Assembly (NCBI RefSeq): GCF_006345805.1
Contig: NC_043002.1
Span: forward strand, 60,202,001 to 60,266,000
Length of the DNA stretch: 64,000 nt
Origin: Octopus sinensis
Taxonomy: Eukaryota
Direction of reading: 5' to 3'
The notes under the pieces: model-generated
Told to the model about the DNA's origin: nothing
Database searches by the model: none
The model's input: the letters and a program-made list of their open reading frames with translations, nothing else
Translations under genes and position numbers: made by a program
In this document: positions 14,116-31,319 of the stretch, piece by piece
Layout: every line of letters begins with the position of its first letter
Position numbering within the stretch: the stretch's first letter is position 1

Positions 14116-16049
14116 ACAGCAGTAGTAGTATTGAGTAAGAAAGTAGCACATGTCACCGAATTGACGCTGGAGTATAAATATACGAAACCTAATATATCCA
14201 TCATAGCTACCCCTCAAATAAGAGTACACCAGCTATCACATCCATATGTACGCGACATAGTGACGCCTTATCAAGATAAAAGGCGCATGACCTTTTCTTC
14301 AGGTCGCGTAGCCCAACCCGCTCAAAAGGTCCCTGAATAAGTGTTGTTTAAGTGTGAAGTAAATACCCATGTTTATAGATGTGAATTATTCAAACTCCAA
14401 AGAAACTCTCTGAACACATGGGTATGATAATCCCCCAAAACTCCGCTTGCTGATCGGAGATGCACATATTGTCAGCTACAAAGTGACATTCTCAACTGAT
14501 TAAGGTCAGACAACTGACAAAGACACTTGTGATATTGAGCAGGAGATTCATTGTAGCGCATCCTTTTCACCAAAGCAAAGCACGTACAAGCTAACAATTC
14601 CAATCAGTTATGATCAGAAGCCATGAAAGTCACTGTCTGATATTTCCCCAAGACACATCATAATGGCTATTATAATTATTATTACTAAGGCGCTGAGTCA
14701 TTAGCATGCGGGTCAAAATACTTAACCACATTTCTTTCTTCAAATATCAATGTGTGTATTTTACTTGGAATATATATGTTTTCAAAGGCGGATAGGCATC
14801 GACAGCTAACAAGCCATGCTACTCCAGACTGATGATGAGCAATGACACTGAATATCTGGATGCTGGCTTTGCTGTTGGGTGGAGGTGCTTATCTTCCCTT
14901 AGAAAACATAAGGACACAGAAACGTATGAAGTCCAACAGGAAACGATATTTTCAAAGGGTAAATAACAATAGCTTTCTTCCCTTTCATGGGACTGTCACA
15001 TTAGCTTGACAATATATTATCACTCCATATTTCATCTGTCTTTATGTTCTGAGTTCCAAAATCTACCGAAGTTGACTTTGCCTTTCATCAGTCCAGGGTC
15101 AATAAAATAATTTCACTTAAGCACACTAAAAGTAGATTTAATAGATTTACGCTCTTACCCGAAGTGGCTCGTCTTGTTCCAAAACTTCAAACCATTGTTA
15201 TTATCATATCATTTGTTGATCTCCGCCTTCTTCTTGATCATGATCATTGATATTATGCAATAATAGCAATTTTGTAATATATATAATCTTATTTCTCTAT
15301 AATTTATTACAAATTGCATTACCATTTCATGCAAATATTATGTAACGTCGCTCTATGCCAAAGAACAACTGATTTACACGCAACGCGTTTTTATTTCCAT
15401 TATTTCATTCATATTCATAAATGTGAGATATACGAAGAAACTAAATTTATAATGCAATATATAATGCTACATAAATCAGCTTCTATTCGCTGTTTCAATT
15501 AGAAACATGTTTTTAGACAATTCTGCAAGGTGTATTGTATAAATCAATTTGTATATATGTTGCAAAATGCCAGTACTCCAGCATGACTAGTAAGTATGTA
15601 AAATATGTTACGGCTTGTTTAAGAATTTTTCTTTAGAACTGCTAATCTTGATTTAGACCTCCACTGCAATGCACATCACACAAATGTCCCCTTTAATAAA
15701 ATCGGTTAGGTCGGAATTCTATCAAGACGAAGAATGTGATAAATGCTTGCAAATTTCTCTGCAATGCAGCAGAAAATTTAATTCAAATGTGTAAGGGAAT
15801 GTCAATGAATGAAAATATAGGAAAGATACTGTATTATGTTATACAGTTAGTTTATTGAAAGTAAAATATTTCGGGAGAATATTCTCTTTCAAATAGAAGG
15901 AAAAGTAATCAGAACGTATATAGGAATGAATTGTTATAGGTATGATATTCTAGAGTGTCGTGGCAAAGACACAGAGGCAACAGCAGCTAACACGTCCCAC
16001 ATAGGCAAAAATAGCCGTGGTGGAGATGTGGATTTCAAAGGTAATGGAA

Positions 16050-17250
16050 GTGTGTAAATGCTGTCAGTTTGCATGCAGTACCGTATGTAATACCTTGCGT
16101 CATACAGAGACAGTCCTTTAAGTCATCTTTTTATATTCATGAAATCCCCTTTGCTACGCATACTTCTTGTGCCAATAAATCAAAGTAACTAGTCATGAAT
16201 TGAATTCCATTGTAAATCTTTGAGAATCTACCATGGAATTTCTTCTCTTGCCAATCACATAATCTTTCTCCCTTTTCTTTGATTTTCAACTTCATTTGGC
16301 GTTTTGGTCTCCCCGTGTCCTACTGTGACTCAAGAAGCTCTTAATAAATTTTCTTCCCAATTACCTACATAGGAGGTTATATCTACTGTAGAAAACTCCA
16401 TGCAGCCGTTTACAAATATTAACCATCATCCACATTCCATTCTAGATAAGTATAATCTTGCTTCTCCACTCCTTGGTTCAGGTTCACCATTCATATTGAT
16501 TCCTTCCCGGGTCTTCTGTCTACATTCTCTACTTCAGATTTTGTCTAGTCTAAAAAAGATGCTGAATATATAAGTAACGATACTGCTCATGTATTTACAA
16601 CCTCCACTAGATTCGAACCATTTAGCTTTGACTTCATTAGCTTCCTCACCCTCTCGATGTACTCCCCAATTTTCGTTTTTATGTCTATAGTTAGTACTCT
16701 GTCAGATTCTAACATTCCTAGGTACTTATGATTCTCTCCTTCTTTCGGTGATTTTAATGTCTGGCCATCTGGTTATTGGAATACCTTCATTGCTGACTAT
16801 CGGTCACTTGTTTATGGCTAATATTGCAGACCTATCTATGCCAATTTACATAACTGTATCTTTGCTGAACAGACTTACTGCTTGTATTATGGAATCGCTC
16901 TCTTTACTTATTCTTGCTAAAAAGCTTCAGATCATCCATGTACAGCTAATGGATAATGTTTACTCAACTATTTCTGAAATGGTGCCCTGCCTTTGCCGCC
17001 CTTAACAATAAAGAGAGGGTGATTAAAAATAAGACACATATTAAATGGGGATAATGAGTCTCCTTGGAAAATTTCTCTTTCGATATTAACTTTCCCTAAG
17101 GTTGTGTCACCTGGGAATAGATCTACTTACCATTTATTCATGCTAAGGGTAATTCTCTTAAGTTGTCTGCAATGCCGAATATGCTCAAACATTCACTTAT
17201 TTATGAGTGTGGAATCATGTCATAGGCTTTCTTATAATCTATCCAGCTTT
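16050..17250 (-). pseudogene. Decayed reverse-transcriptase region of a Dong/R4-clade non-LTR retrotransposon
   Basis: Minus-strand motifs appear in the correct order: IFQGDSLSP (about 17046-17072), LYMDDLK (about 16925-16945), HKYLG (about 16715-16730), RLYLSR.E.G (about 16430-16460). Many stops and frameshifts. Confidence 0.8.
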
Positions 17251-17289
17251 CTTATAATCTATCCTATTATTATTATTATTATCAGTATT

Positions 17290-17420
17290 ATGATCGACGT
17301 TGCCTTTCATCTTCTCAGGGTCGATAAATTAAGTACCAGTTGCATACTGGTGTCGATGTAATCGACGTAACTCCTCCTCCCAAATTTCAGGTCTTATGTC
17401 TATAGAAAAAAGGATTATTA
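17290..17420 (+). mobile_element. SINE family B, 3' half
   Basis: GCCTTTCATCTTCTCAGGGTCGATAAATTAAGTACCAGTTGCATACTGGTGTCGATGTAATCGAC...CCAAATTTCAGGTCTT...GGATTATTA. Confidence 0.8.
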
Positions 17421-18341
17421 TCATTAGTATTGTCATTGTTGTTATTATAATATACAGAAATCTTTGCCATGTTTATTCTAGTTTTTCATGCTTTGAGTTC
17501 AATTCCTATGAGATAAATTTGCAACTTGTCATCGTTCTCGGAGACAATGAAATGAAGAACCCTACAAATATAAACAGCTGTTCCGTTCTGTCTGTGTACC
17601 CATGGACGAAATAATAACTATTACCACAGTCGTCACTAGACGCCGTGTCTTTTAACTTGTCCAAACTTAATTTGAGTCAAATATTGGATTGTAATTCTCA
17701 CCGGGCCGTCCTCTACGACTGATAACCCCTGCAATAGAGACAGAAAAATACATGTCTAGGTTGTAAAAATTTCGTCTACAAGAATATAATAAATAGCAGA
17801 AAATCAACCGGTATAGAAGAGTTATAGTCTAACAAGATGTCCGACCTCTGGTGAAAAACAATATAATTTTCTATTTTGTACCTCGTCATACGATAAGGAA
17901 AAAAAATAATGCTAAATACATACATATAAATATATAGCAAACCAAAAATATCCGTTGCTGATATTTCGTCTCTATGTTTTATGTCAATGCTCTCAGAACA
18001 AACATACAGAGAGTTTTCACAGTTGCTAATCCTATTTCTGTTTCTTTACAAATAACGCTCATACGAGAATCGTGAGATCGGCGACGTAGGCAGTTCCAAG
18101 TGTAAAACAAATGACAAATAAGATGGCGGTGTTTTTGTTGATTCTGTTTTGTTTTTTTTTGCTTTTATTACTTTCATTTCGCTGGATATGTTGTACGATG
18201 TTATTTTGATTGTTTATTTTTTCTTTGTTTTTTGACAGTGGTGGGTCAGACGCGGTGTGTGGCTCTCTTCTCTTTGGCATCAGTTACTAATAAATTAAAC
18301 TGCCTCATGTTTCCCTACATGCAATATAAATGAATGTATAT

Positions 18342-22680
<4,339 letters not shown>

Positions 22681-23641
22681 TTGTGCTGTTGTTTTTCTTA
22701 TTTGTGATAGGGATGGTGTCGATTGCGGGGTGGTTGGGTGAAGATTGGCGGGGGGATGTTGGTCATCGTCGTCACCGTCGTAGTCATAACATTATTATAA
22801 CTACCGCTTTTCGATTTCTGCTTTTTTTTTCATGTATTCGTGCGTGTGTTTACGTTGTTTTTTTTTTTTTTTCGCTATACTTAGTTTATCAAAGCTTGGT
22901 TAGAGGGCGTACATCGTGTGATGTGTGACATTGGCGTTTGTTGATTCTATGGGAGCCATCTACTTGTTTAAATTGCGCGTGTAGATATTGCAGCATGGGA
23001 CTTAAAATAACAACGCTCCACACACACACAAAGACATGCGCACATAACACACACACACACATACACAGACACAAACACACACATATACAGTAATGAATAT
23101 ATCGATCCACAGCGGTACATGTAGACATATACATAAACACGCACACACATACATATATACACTCATATTTGCGAACACACACACGCACACACGTACACAA
23201 ACACACACACACACACATATATATATACACATATACATGCTTATGTTAGTGTGTAAGTGTATTTTGCTGTATGCATACATGCATAAACTTACACGCATAT
23301 TCACACAGACGAAGGCATATGGGTGATACTCGACGTGTAGGCTGAGTGTTCTAACTAAACTAATTGCAGGAGAAGGCAATAATGTAACACACTTTAGAAG
23401 ACATTCTTATTTTGGCTTGTTTTCCCAATAAATGAAAAGATATAATTGGCTCAGCGCACACAAACGGAGACAGCCACAGTGGGGTACGTATATGTAGAAC
23501 AGTACATATAGAAATGTGTATGTGTGTGTCTGTGTGTGTCTGTGTGAGAGCGTGTCTCTCTGTGTATACATGGAAATATATATACGCATGTATACTATAT
23601 AATAGTACATATACATATGTATAGATACGGATGTTTGTGAG

Positions 23642-23686
<45 letters not shown>

Positions 23687-23766
23687 AAACATGTCTACTT
23701 ATAAATGTATATACATACACATATATGAATGTATATGCCTATATATATATTATATTATATATATAT

Positions 23767-23812
<46 letters not shown>

Positions 23813-24404
23813 TCTATATATATTATATATATATATATATAGTATATATTTGATATTGTCTGTTCGAGTGTGCGTGTGTGTGCGTTTGCAGTAACCTGTA
23901 TATGTTTTATATATAAATATCTGTGCATATATGTCTCCAGTATAAAGTCGCCGATTTTATATCCAACTAAGTCTTCTGCATATTCACATACATTCACATA
24001 TATATATATCACACCCATCTTCTTCTCAATCATTTTTTTTCCTTGCCATCAATCAAACTATCAATGTATCTTTCTGTATCAAGGAAAGAAAAAAAAAATT
24101 AGCTTCAGACAGATTGATATATCGACGGATAATTCGGAGAAACAATATAAATGTTCAGTCGTCTCCCAGAATTAAAAATAAATGCTCTGACTATTTTTGT
24201 TAAATACACAATTTGAAGTTCATCACATAAGAAGCTGTCTTAGGACATATAGTTAAATAATATATACATGTATGTATGTATGTATGTATGTATGTATGTA
24301 TATATAGAATATATATATTATATATATATATATATATCTATATATATATATATATATACACACACCACACATATATATATATATTATATATGTATATATA
24401 TATG

Positions 24405-24479
<75 letters not shown>

Positions 24480-24480
24480 C

Positions 24481-24912
24481 TCTCTTTTACTCTTTTGCTT
24501 GTTTCAGTCATTTGACTGTGGCCGTGCCAGAACAACGCTCTCAGTCGAGAAAATCAACCCTAGGACTTATTCTTTGGATGCCTAGTACTTATTCTATTGT
24601 TTTCTTTTGTCTAACCGGTATGTTACGGGGACGTAAACACACCACCAACGGTTGTCAAGTGATTTTGGGGAGACAAACAGAGAGGCACAAACATATACAC
24701 AAACATAGACACTTATGTATATATATATATGTATATATATATACGACGGGCTTCTTTCAGTTTCCGTCTACGAAATCCACTCACAAGGCTTTGGTCGGCC
24801 CCGAGACTATAGTAGAAGACTCTTGCCCAAGGTGCCAAGTAGTGGGACTGAACACGGAACCATGTGGTATGTGGTTCGTAAGCAAGCTACTTACCACACA
24901 GCCACTCCAATA

Positions 24913-24915
<3 letters not shown>
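24481..24915 (-). mobile_element. SINE family A, near full length
   Basis: Reverse complement of all segments of 55562-55998: tail ACTCTTTT repeats, TTTCAGTCATTTGACTG, internal CA/TA microsatellite, TTGCCCAAGGTGCC, GTGGGACTGAAC, CTTACCACACAGCCACTCC. Confidence 0.9.
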
Positions 24916-24953
<38 letters not shown>

Positions 24954-25352
24954 CTGTGTGTGTGTGTGTACGTATATATATAATTCCGTGAGAACTTGGG
25001 CAAGTGCCTTCTACTATGGCCTTTTGAGTGGAGTTGGTAGATGGAAACTGAGAGAAGCTCGTCGTATATATATATGTAGAAGGTTGAAAAGGAACACACG
25101 AATTGATATATATGGAAAATATAGTCAATGTAGAAAATGCTAAAATGATTTTATAAAAAAATATTTCAGTACAGTGGTTTCAGTCCTTGAAACTTTTTCG
25201 ACTGTATGTATGGAAAATATTAAATTTTGGAAAAATTAAAAGAAAAGATTTTTAAAAGAATATTTGCAGTGTTCAAATACAAGTGGCATTTTCCTTGTTT
25301 CTGTCTCTCTTGTTTACTCTTGTGGATTCGAGGTCGCTGTGAATTCTTGGTA

Positions 25353-25694
25353 GGAAAGAAGAAGAAGAAGAAAGAAGAAGAAGAATAGAGAAGAAGTGGA
25401 AGAGGAAGAAAAGAAAAAGAAGAAGAAAAAGAAGAAGAAGAAATAAGAAGAAGAAGAAAAGTGAAGAGGAAAAAAAGAAAAGAAGAAGAAGAAGAAGTGG
25501 GAAGAGGAGAAGAAGAAAAAGAGAAAAGAAGAAGAAGAAGAAGAGTGGAAGAGGAAGAAGAAGAAAAAGAAGAAGAAAAGAAGAAGAGAATAAGTGAAGA
25601 GAAAGAAGAAGAAAAGAAGAAGAAAAGAAGAAGAAGAAGAAGAAAAAGAAGATGGAAGAGGAAGAAGAAGAAGAGAGAAGAAGAAGAAGAAGAA

Positions 25695-25725
<31 letters not shown>

Positions 25726-25737
25726 AAGAAGAAGAAT
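25353..25737 (+). repeat. (AAG)n-rich polypurine tract
   Basis: Read directly. Confidence 0.97.
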
Positions 25738-26517
25738 GTGGGAGTGCCATGATAGTAGTATGTTAAATGGTCAAATACCCTGAAAGTGTCACGGTGTGGA
25801 TGGTTCTAGTGACTGAATTTCTGAAACATCTCTTTCGAATGTTTTGTTTATAAAATTTTCACCTACGCCAATGTTACAATCAAAGCATTATGCAATCATT
25901 TTTTTTCCTCTTCTGTGCCTCGGAATGATGTTAAAGAGCGCAGGACCAGTTGCAGTGAAATATTTCTGTCTTTAATTTGTGATGTCGATGGAAGCCTAAA
26001 TTTCGTAGATGACCGATGACACGGGGTCCAAGACTTGGGTGGAATTTCAATTAATGCCAACATCATTTGGCCAATGTAGCTGGAAAATTTTCGATACCAT
26101 GCAAACAATATAGTGCTCACGTCGAGTTGGAAGCGGATTTTTGAGTTTCTCGAATCTAAGCCATTACTCAAGAATTGTCAGGTCTATTGGATTCTTTTCT
26201 GATTCATCAATGCGGTGCTTCGATATTTGTAGTAATTTATTTCGTGTAGGGAGACCACAACGTACAACAATATTCTTGGTAAAGATGGTTGTAAATTTTA
26301 CCCAACACACACACACGCACGCACTCACTTACACACATGTATACACTCACCTGCACATATATGTATGTATGCATCTATTTATCTATCTATCTGTGTGTGT
26401 ATATATATATATATACACACATACGTGAACCGCTAAGTTACGAGGGACAAACACACACACACACGCACACACGCACACACACACACACACACACATACAT
26501 ATATATAAATACATACA

Positions 26518-26667
26518 TAGGTGCAGGAAGCTTGCATACCAATCACATGGTTCCAGCTTCAGTTCCACTGCGTAGCACCTTGGGCAAGTGTCTTGTACTA
26601 TAGCCTCGGGCCAACCAAAGCCTTATGAGTGGATTTGACAGACGGAAAACTGAAAGAAACCTATAGT

Positions 26668-26718
<51 letters not shown>

Positions 26719-26951
26719 TGTGTATGTATATATATATATATATGTATACACATGTGTGTGCATGTTTCTGTGTCTGTTTGTTCTCCCAACATCGCTTGAT
26801 AACTGATGCCGGTTCGTTTACGACCCCGTAACTTAGCGGTTCGGTAAAAGAGGCCGATAGAATACGTAGTAGGTTTACAAAATATAAGTTCTGGAGTCGA
26901 GACGGTCCTCCAACATAGCTACACTGAAATGACTGAAACAAATAAAAGAAT
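26518..26951 (+). mobile_element. SINE family A, near full length with internal (TA)n
   Basis: CACATGGTTCCAGCTTCAGTTCCACTGCGTAGCACCTTGGGCAAGTGTC...CCCGTAACTTAGCGGTTCGG...AAATGACTGAAACAAATAAAAGAAT. Confidence 0.9.
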
Positions 26952-27306
26952 ACATATCATTTTTAAAAAACATGTATTAAGTAAACAAACGAACGTATCC
27001 TAAATACACAGGCGAAAAGAAAACTTACAAGCTCCCAGACTCTTCATCAGTTATCGACCAGAAGGTCAAACACAGTTTCCGCCATTATAAATATATGATG
27101 TATTTATGTGAATGTATGTATGTATGTATGTATGTATGTATGTATGTATGTATGTATGTATGTATGTATGTATGCATGTATGTATTATGTATGTGTATGG
27201 ATATATGTATTTTTATATGTATGTATTTATGTATGTATGTTTTATATATGTATGTATTTATGTATGTATGTATTTATGTATGCATTTAAGTATATATGTA
27301 TGCATT

Positions 27307-27462
27307 TATACATCATTTACATTATTTACATTTGACGGATATTTGTCCTCATCTTTTTTGTTGTTAACACAACGTTTCGGCTGATATACCCTCCAGTCTT
27401 TATCTTGTGTCTTGGGGAAATTTCGGACCTGACTTCTCATTCCTAAAGTATTTTTCGATGTT

Positions 27463-27524
<62 letters not shown>

Positions 27525-27744
27525 TATTATTATTATTATCATCATCATCATCATCATCAATAACATCGAAAAATAACTTAGGAATGAGAACCCAGATTTG
27601 AAATTTCTCGAAGTCACCTGAAGAAGGCTGGAGGGTATATCAGCAGAAACGTTGTGTTAACAGGACAAGATCAGGACAAATATCCGTCAAATTTAAATAA
27701 TATAAATAATGTACATAATTCCCCATCTCTTAAATATAGAACTG
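27307..27744. mobile_element. Palindromic hammerhead-bearing (Penelope-terminal-like) element, copy 1
   Basis: Arms at about 27307-27460 and 27560-27744 are reverse complements around an (ATT)n(ATC)n centre. The right arm has an extra ~31-nt tail CATAATTCCCCATCTCTTAAATATAGAACTG. The arms match those at 29500 and 31135. Confidence 0.85.
27613..27658 (+). ncRNA. Minimal type I hammerhead ribozyme motif (Penelope-type)
   Basis: GTCAC-CTGAAGA-A-GGCTG..CAGCA-GAAAC-GTT-GTGTT: CUGANGA and GAAAC boxes, stem II, loop-less palindromic stem III (AACGTT), partial stem I. Confidence 0.7.
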
Positions 27745-28832
27745 TATCTATATATGTATGTATTCATGTATCTATGTATTTATGTATGTATGTTTGTGTG
27801 TATGTATGTATATGTGTGACTCTGTTTGTCCCGCACAACTGTTTGACAAGATGTGTTTGTGTGTTTATGTCCAAGTGATCTAGCACTTCGGCAAAAGAAT
27901 TCGGTAGAATAAGTACCAGAGTCAGACAACTATAATCGATGGTGTTGATTTTTTTACAATTAAACGTATCAGGCGGTGCCTCAGCATGGCCGCCGTCCAA
28001 TGACTGAGGCAAGTTAAATTATAAAGGTATCTCTTGCTTAACAGAATAATTATGCTGTGTCGGGTAGAACATCAGATTAAGAAATTAAATTGCTCAATTT
28101 CACTGCTCGCTATGTTTCTGTACGATATTTTACAATGGAGAATTTGGAACCAAGCCAAAAGCATTATTGCGATATTTGAACGTAAACACATCATCTCAAA
28201 AAGACTTCTCCATCTCGGATTATTCAACGTATCAGCCGATTTCACTCTATTCCAACGACGCTATCATACACACTCTTAGAGGAAGTATAAAAGTATAAAG
28301 AATTGATTTTAAATATTAATTTTAAGGTGACACGAAAATTTCCTCAGAAGACAGCTTCTCATGAATAAAGTATTATATATCTATCTAATAACATATCTTC
28401 CTAATAAACTACAGTAACTACCAAATAATATAACACTTTTCCTCTTGTTCAATCTCGTCGACTGAACAACCAGCCACATCTCCTTCAGATCTTATCCCAC
28501 AACCTTCAAACTTGCGCAGGCGCAAATTATATTTGATGATGCAGTATCCAATATATTATATGAAAAAAAGACGGTATTGTTGAGGAAGGGTTGCTCTTGA
28601 ACACACACACACACACACACACGCACGCACGTTATCATCATCATCATCATCATCATCATGCTAAACCGTCAATGACACATTTTTTCTCTTTGTATTTCTT
28701 CTGTCTCTCTCCCATTTTCCCTCTAATCCCTTTCTGTCGACGAACTTAGGCTTCAAACGCCAAAGACTTTTCCATTCTTCCTGAATAATAATAACTCCAA
28801 AATTCCGAGTTCGATTCCAGGCAGTTACCTGG

Positions 28833-28974
<142 letters not shown>

Positions 28975-29075
28975 CGATGCACCTGCTTCTTGGTTGTTAA
29001 CTTGTCTTTATGTATTATTTTCTTCACATTTCAAGTATCTATGTATACATACATACATGCACACACACGTATATA

Positions 29076-29176
29076 CGAGGGGTGTATGAAAAGATTTAAG
29101 CCTTCAAAGCCTTTGAGCCTTGAAGTTTTGTACCATGTTTTTTTTTTGGGGCTCAAGACTTTTCATACACACCTCG
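29076..29176. mobile_element. 101-bp mariner-type MITE
   Basis: TA|CGAGGGGTGTATGAAAAG ... CTTTTCATACACACCTCG|TA: 18-bp TIRs with one mismatch and a TA target duplication. Confidence 0.8.
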
Positions 29177-29368
29177 TATAGAGGAAAAAGAATTCCCAAA
29201 CCGCCAGGAGTTTCCGGACTCTGACTAATGAGGAATTCTGCTGCGAAAGCTCTGTGCATTTTGTTTTTGTCCTGTTTCCCGTTTCTTAACTCATCGTCTA
29301 TTTTTCTGTAAGTTGATTTTTGTCGTGTTCTTTCTGTCCTACCCTTCATTCACACACACACCCATACA

Positions 29369-29424
<56 letters not shown>

Positions 29425-29584
29425 ACACACATACACACACACATGTTTGATCTGGAGTAATGCCGGCTAAAGAGTATGTATAACTATATATGTTATATTC
29501 AGTTCTATATTTAAGAGATGAGGAATTATGTACATTTTTTACATTATTTACATTTCACGGATATTTGTACTCATCTTGATTGTT

Positions 29585-29630
29585 GACACGACGTTTCGGC
29601 TGATATATCCTTCAGCTTTCATCAAGTGTC
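29585..29630 (-). ncRNA. Minimal type I hammerhead ribozyme motif (C3-to-U variant)
   Basis: Reverse complement GACAC-TTGATGA-A-AGCTG..CAGCC-GAAAC-GTC-GTGTC: perfect 5-bp stem I and a GUC cleavage triplet. Confidence 0.65.
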
Positions 29631-29676
29631 TTGGGGAAACTTCGAACCTGGTTTTTCATACTTAAAGTAATTTTCG

Positions 29677-29742
<66 letters not shown>

Positions 29743-29749
29743 GCCCTCG

Positions 29750-29813
29750 GGCATATGGTGAAGGAGTTACGAGCGCGGGCTACTAACCCCACGATTCCGA
29801 GGCAGTTACCTGA
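29750..29813 (+). other. tRNA-like (Pol III promoter-type) head with B box deleted, followed by (AAT)n
   Basis: TGGTGAAGGAGTTACGAGCGCGGGCTACTAACCCCACGATTCCGAG-GCAGTTACCTG gives an A-box-like start and an anticodon-like stem GGG-CTACTAA-CCC. The sister fragment at 28793-28833 retains the B box GAGTTCGATTCC. Confidence 0.65.
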
Positions 29814-29827
29814 ATAATCATAATAAC

Positions 29828-29906
<79 letters not shown>

Positions 29907-29909
<3 letters not shown>

Positions 29910-31103
29910 CATCACCCAAAATCTGACATAGAGAGACTATATATACAACGTATAGAAGGTGGTAGAGGCCTTATACAGCTGAAAAACTACTATAAAATAA
30001 CCACCATAGGACTGCAAAAATACCTACTTCAGAAGGAAGGAAAACTGATCCAGATAGCAGCAAAACACGAGCGAAACAAAAAACTGTTCTCAGTATTTAA
30101 GGAAGCTGACAAATACAAACAAGAAATCATACCACCTAATAAACACAAAGAAGAAGAAGAAGATGATGAAGAAACAACAAAAGCTATAAAACAAATGAAA
30201 TCCAAACTAAAAATAGAACAGCAACGAGCCATGATAAAACGATGGCAAGAAAAACCCCTTCATGGTAAATACTGCACTAAACTAAACGCAAAAGAAATAG
30301 ACAAAGAAAAATCACAGCAATGGTTGAGAAGCTCAGGACTCAAAGCAGAAACAGAGGGATTTTTAATTGCAGCACAAGACCAAAGCCTCCCCACCAGAAA
30401 TTACCAAAAACATGTAATGAAAAGAAATATTACAAGTAACTTCAGAATATGTGGAGATGGACAAGAAACAATAAATCATATTATCTCTAGCTGCCCAGTC
30501 CTGGCTAAGAAGGAATATATTCACAGACATGACAGAGTTGGAACCTACATACATTGGAAGCTATGCCAACATTATGGAATAACAACAGAAAAAAGATGGT
30601 ATAGGCACACACCAGAAAAGGTCACAGAAAACGAGAAAGCAACCATACTCTGGGATATGCCGATACACACAGATAGAGAAATTAAGGCCAACAGACCAGA
30701 TATAGTTGTCAGAGATCATGAAGAAAAAAATGCTTTCTAATTGATGTATCAATACCGGCAGATGACAACGTGTCTCTAAAAGAAATGGAGAAACTCTCAA
30801 AATACAAAGACCTGGAAATAGAGGTAACTAGAATGTGGAACCTGAAAACAGAAACAATTCCTATCATAGTAGGTGCATTAGGCATGATAAAAAAATATCC
30901 AGACAAATACATAACAAAAACACCAGGACTTACAAACACATATAACATACAGAAAATTGCACTACTAGGCACTGCACACATCCTACGCAGAACACTTTCC
31001 ATACAATAACCATCAGAGCATCACAACAAATCACAGCACATACACAAGGCACACAGAGCTGCGCTCGGTAGTGAAGTGAAAGCACGCTATAAAAATAAAA
31101 CTA

Positions 31104-31106
<3 letters not shown>
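29907..31106 (+). mobile_element. 5'-truncated Dong/R4-clade non-LTR retrotransposon (RT thumb/linker, CCHC knuckle, restriction-like endonuclease) inserted in (TAA)n
   Basis: Motifs RLYIQRIEGGRGL, KPLHGKY, AAQDQSLPT, (C>F)RIC...H....C, RHDRV, RPDIV...IDVSIP...EKLSKY, IIVGALG. A single-base frameshift in the A run at 30724-30730 joins ORFs 29907-30740 and 30770-31009. A ~97-nt 3' UTR follows, and (TAA)n lies on both sides. Confidence 0.95.
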
Positions 31107-31137
<31 letters not shown>

Positions 31138-31184
31138 TCGAAAAATACCTTAGGAATGAGAACCCAGGCTCGAAATTTTCCCAA

Positions 31185-31230
31185 GACACCTGATGAATGC
31201 TGTAAGGTATATCAGCCGAAACGTTGTGTT
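31185..31230 (+). ncRNA. Minimal type I hammerhead ribozyme motif (intact core boxes)
   Basis: GACAC-CTGATGA-AT-GCTG..CAGC-C-GAAAC-GTT-GTGTT: stem I GACAC/GTGTT, stem II GCTG/CAGC, palindromic stem III AACGTT. Confidence 0.75.
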
Positions 31231-31319
31231 AATAACAAACAAGATGAGGACAAATATCCGTCAAATTTAAATAATGTAAATAATGTATATGTTATATTGT
31301 TTCAGACTACCTTCTACTA

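Larger units (their letters stand above)
29500..31285. mobile_element. Palindromic hammerhead-bearing element, copy 2, with tRNA-like head and nested Dong/R4 LINE
   Basis: Inverted arms at 29500-29678 and 31135-31285. Central mini-palindrome ATATGCCC-TC-GGGCATAT at 29739-29756. The 13-bp direct repeat TATATGTTATATT flanks the unit at 29487-29499 and 31286-31298. Confidence 0.85.

Noticed and set aside
18059-18280. 73-aa ORF ending in a hydrophobic stretch reminiscent of a GPCR helix
   Set aside because: Short, no flanking helices or recognisable motifs, and no clear splice context.
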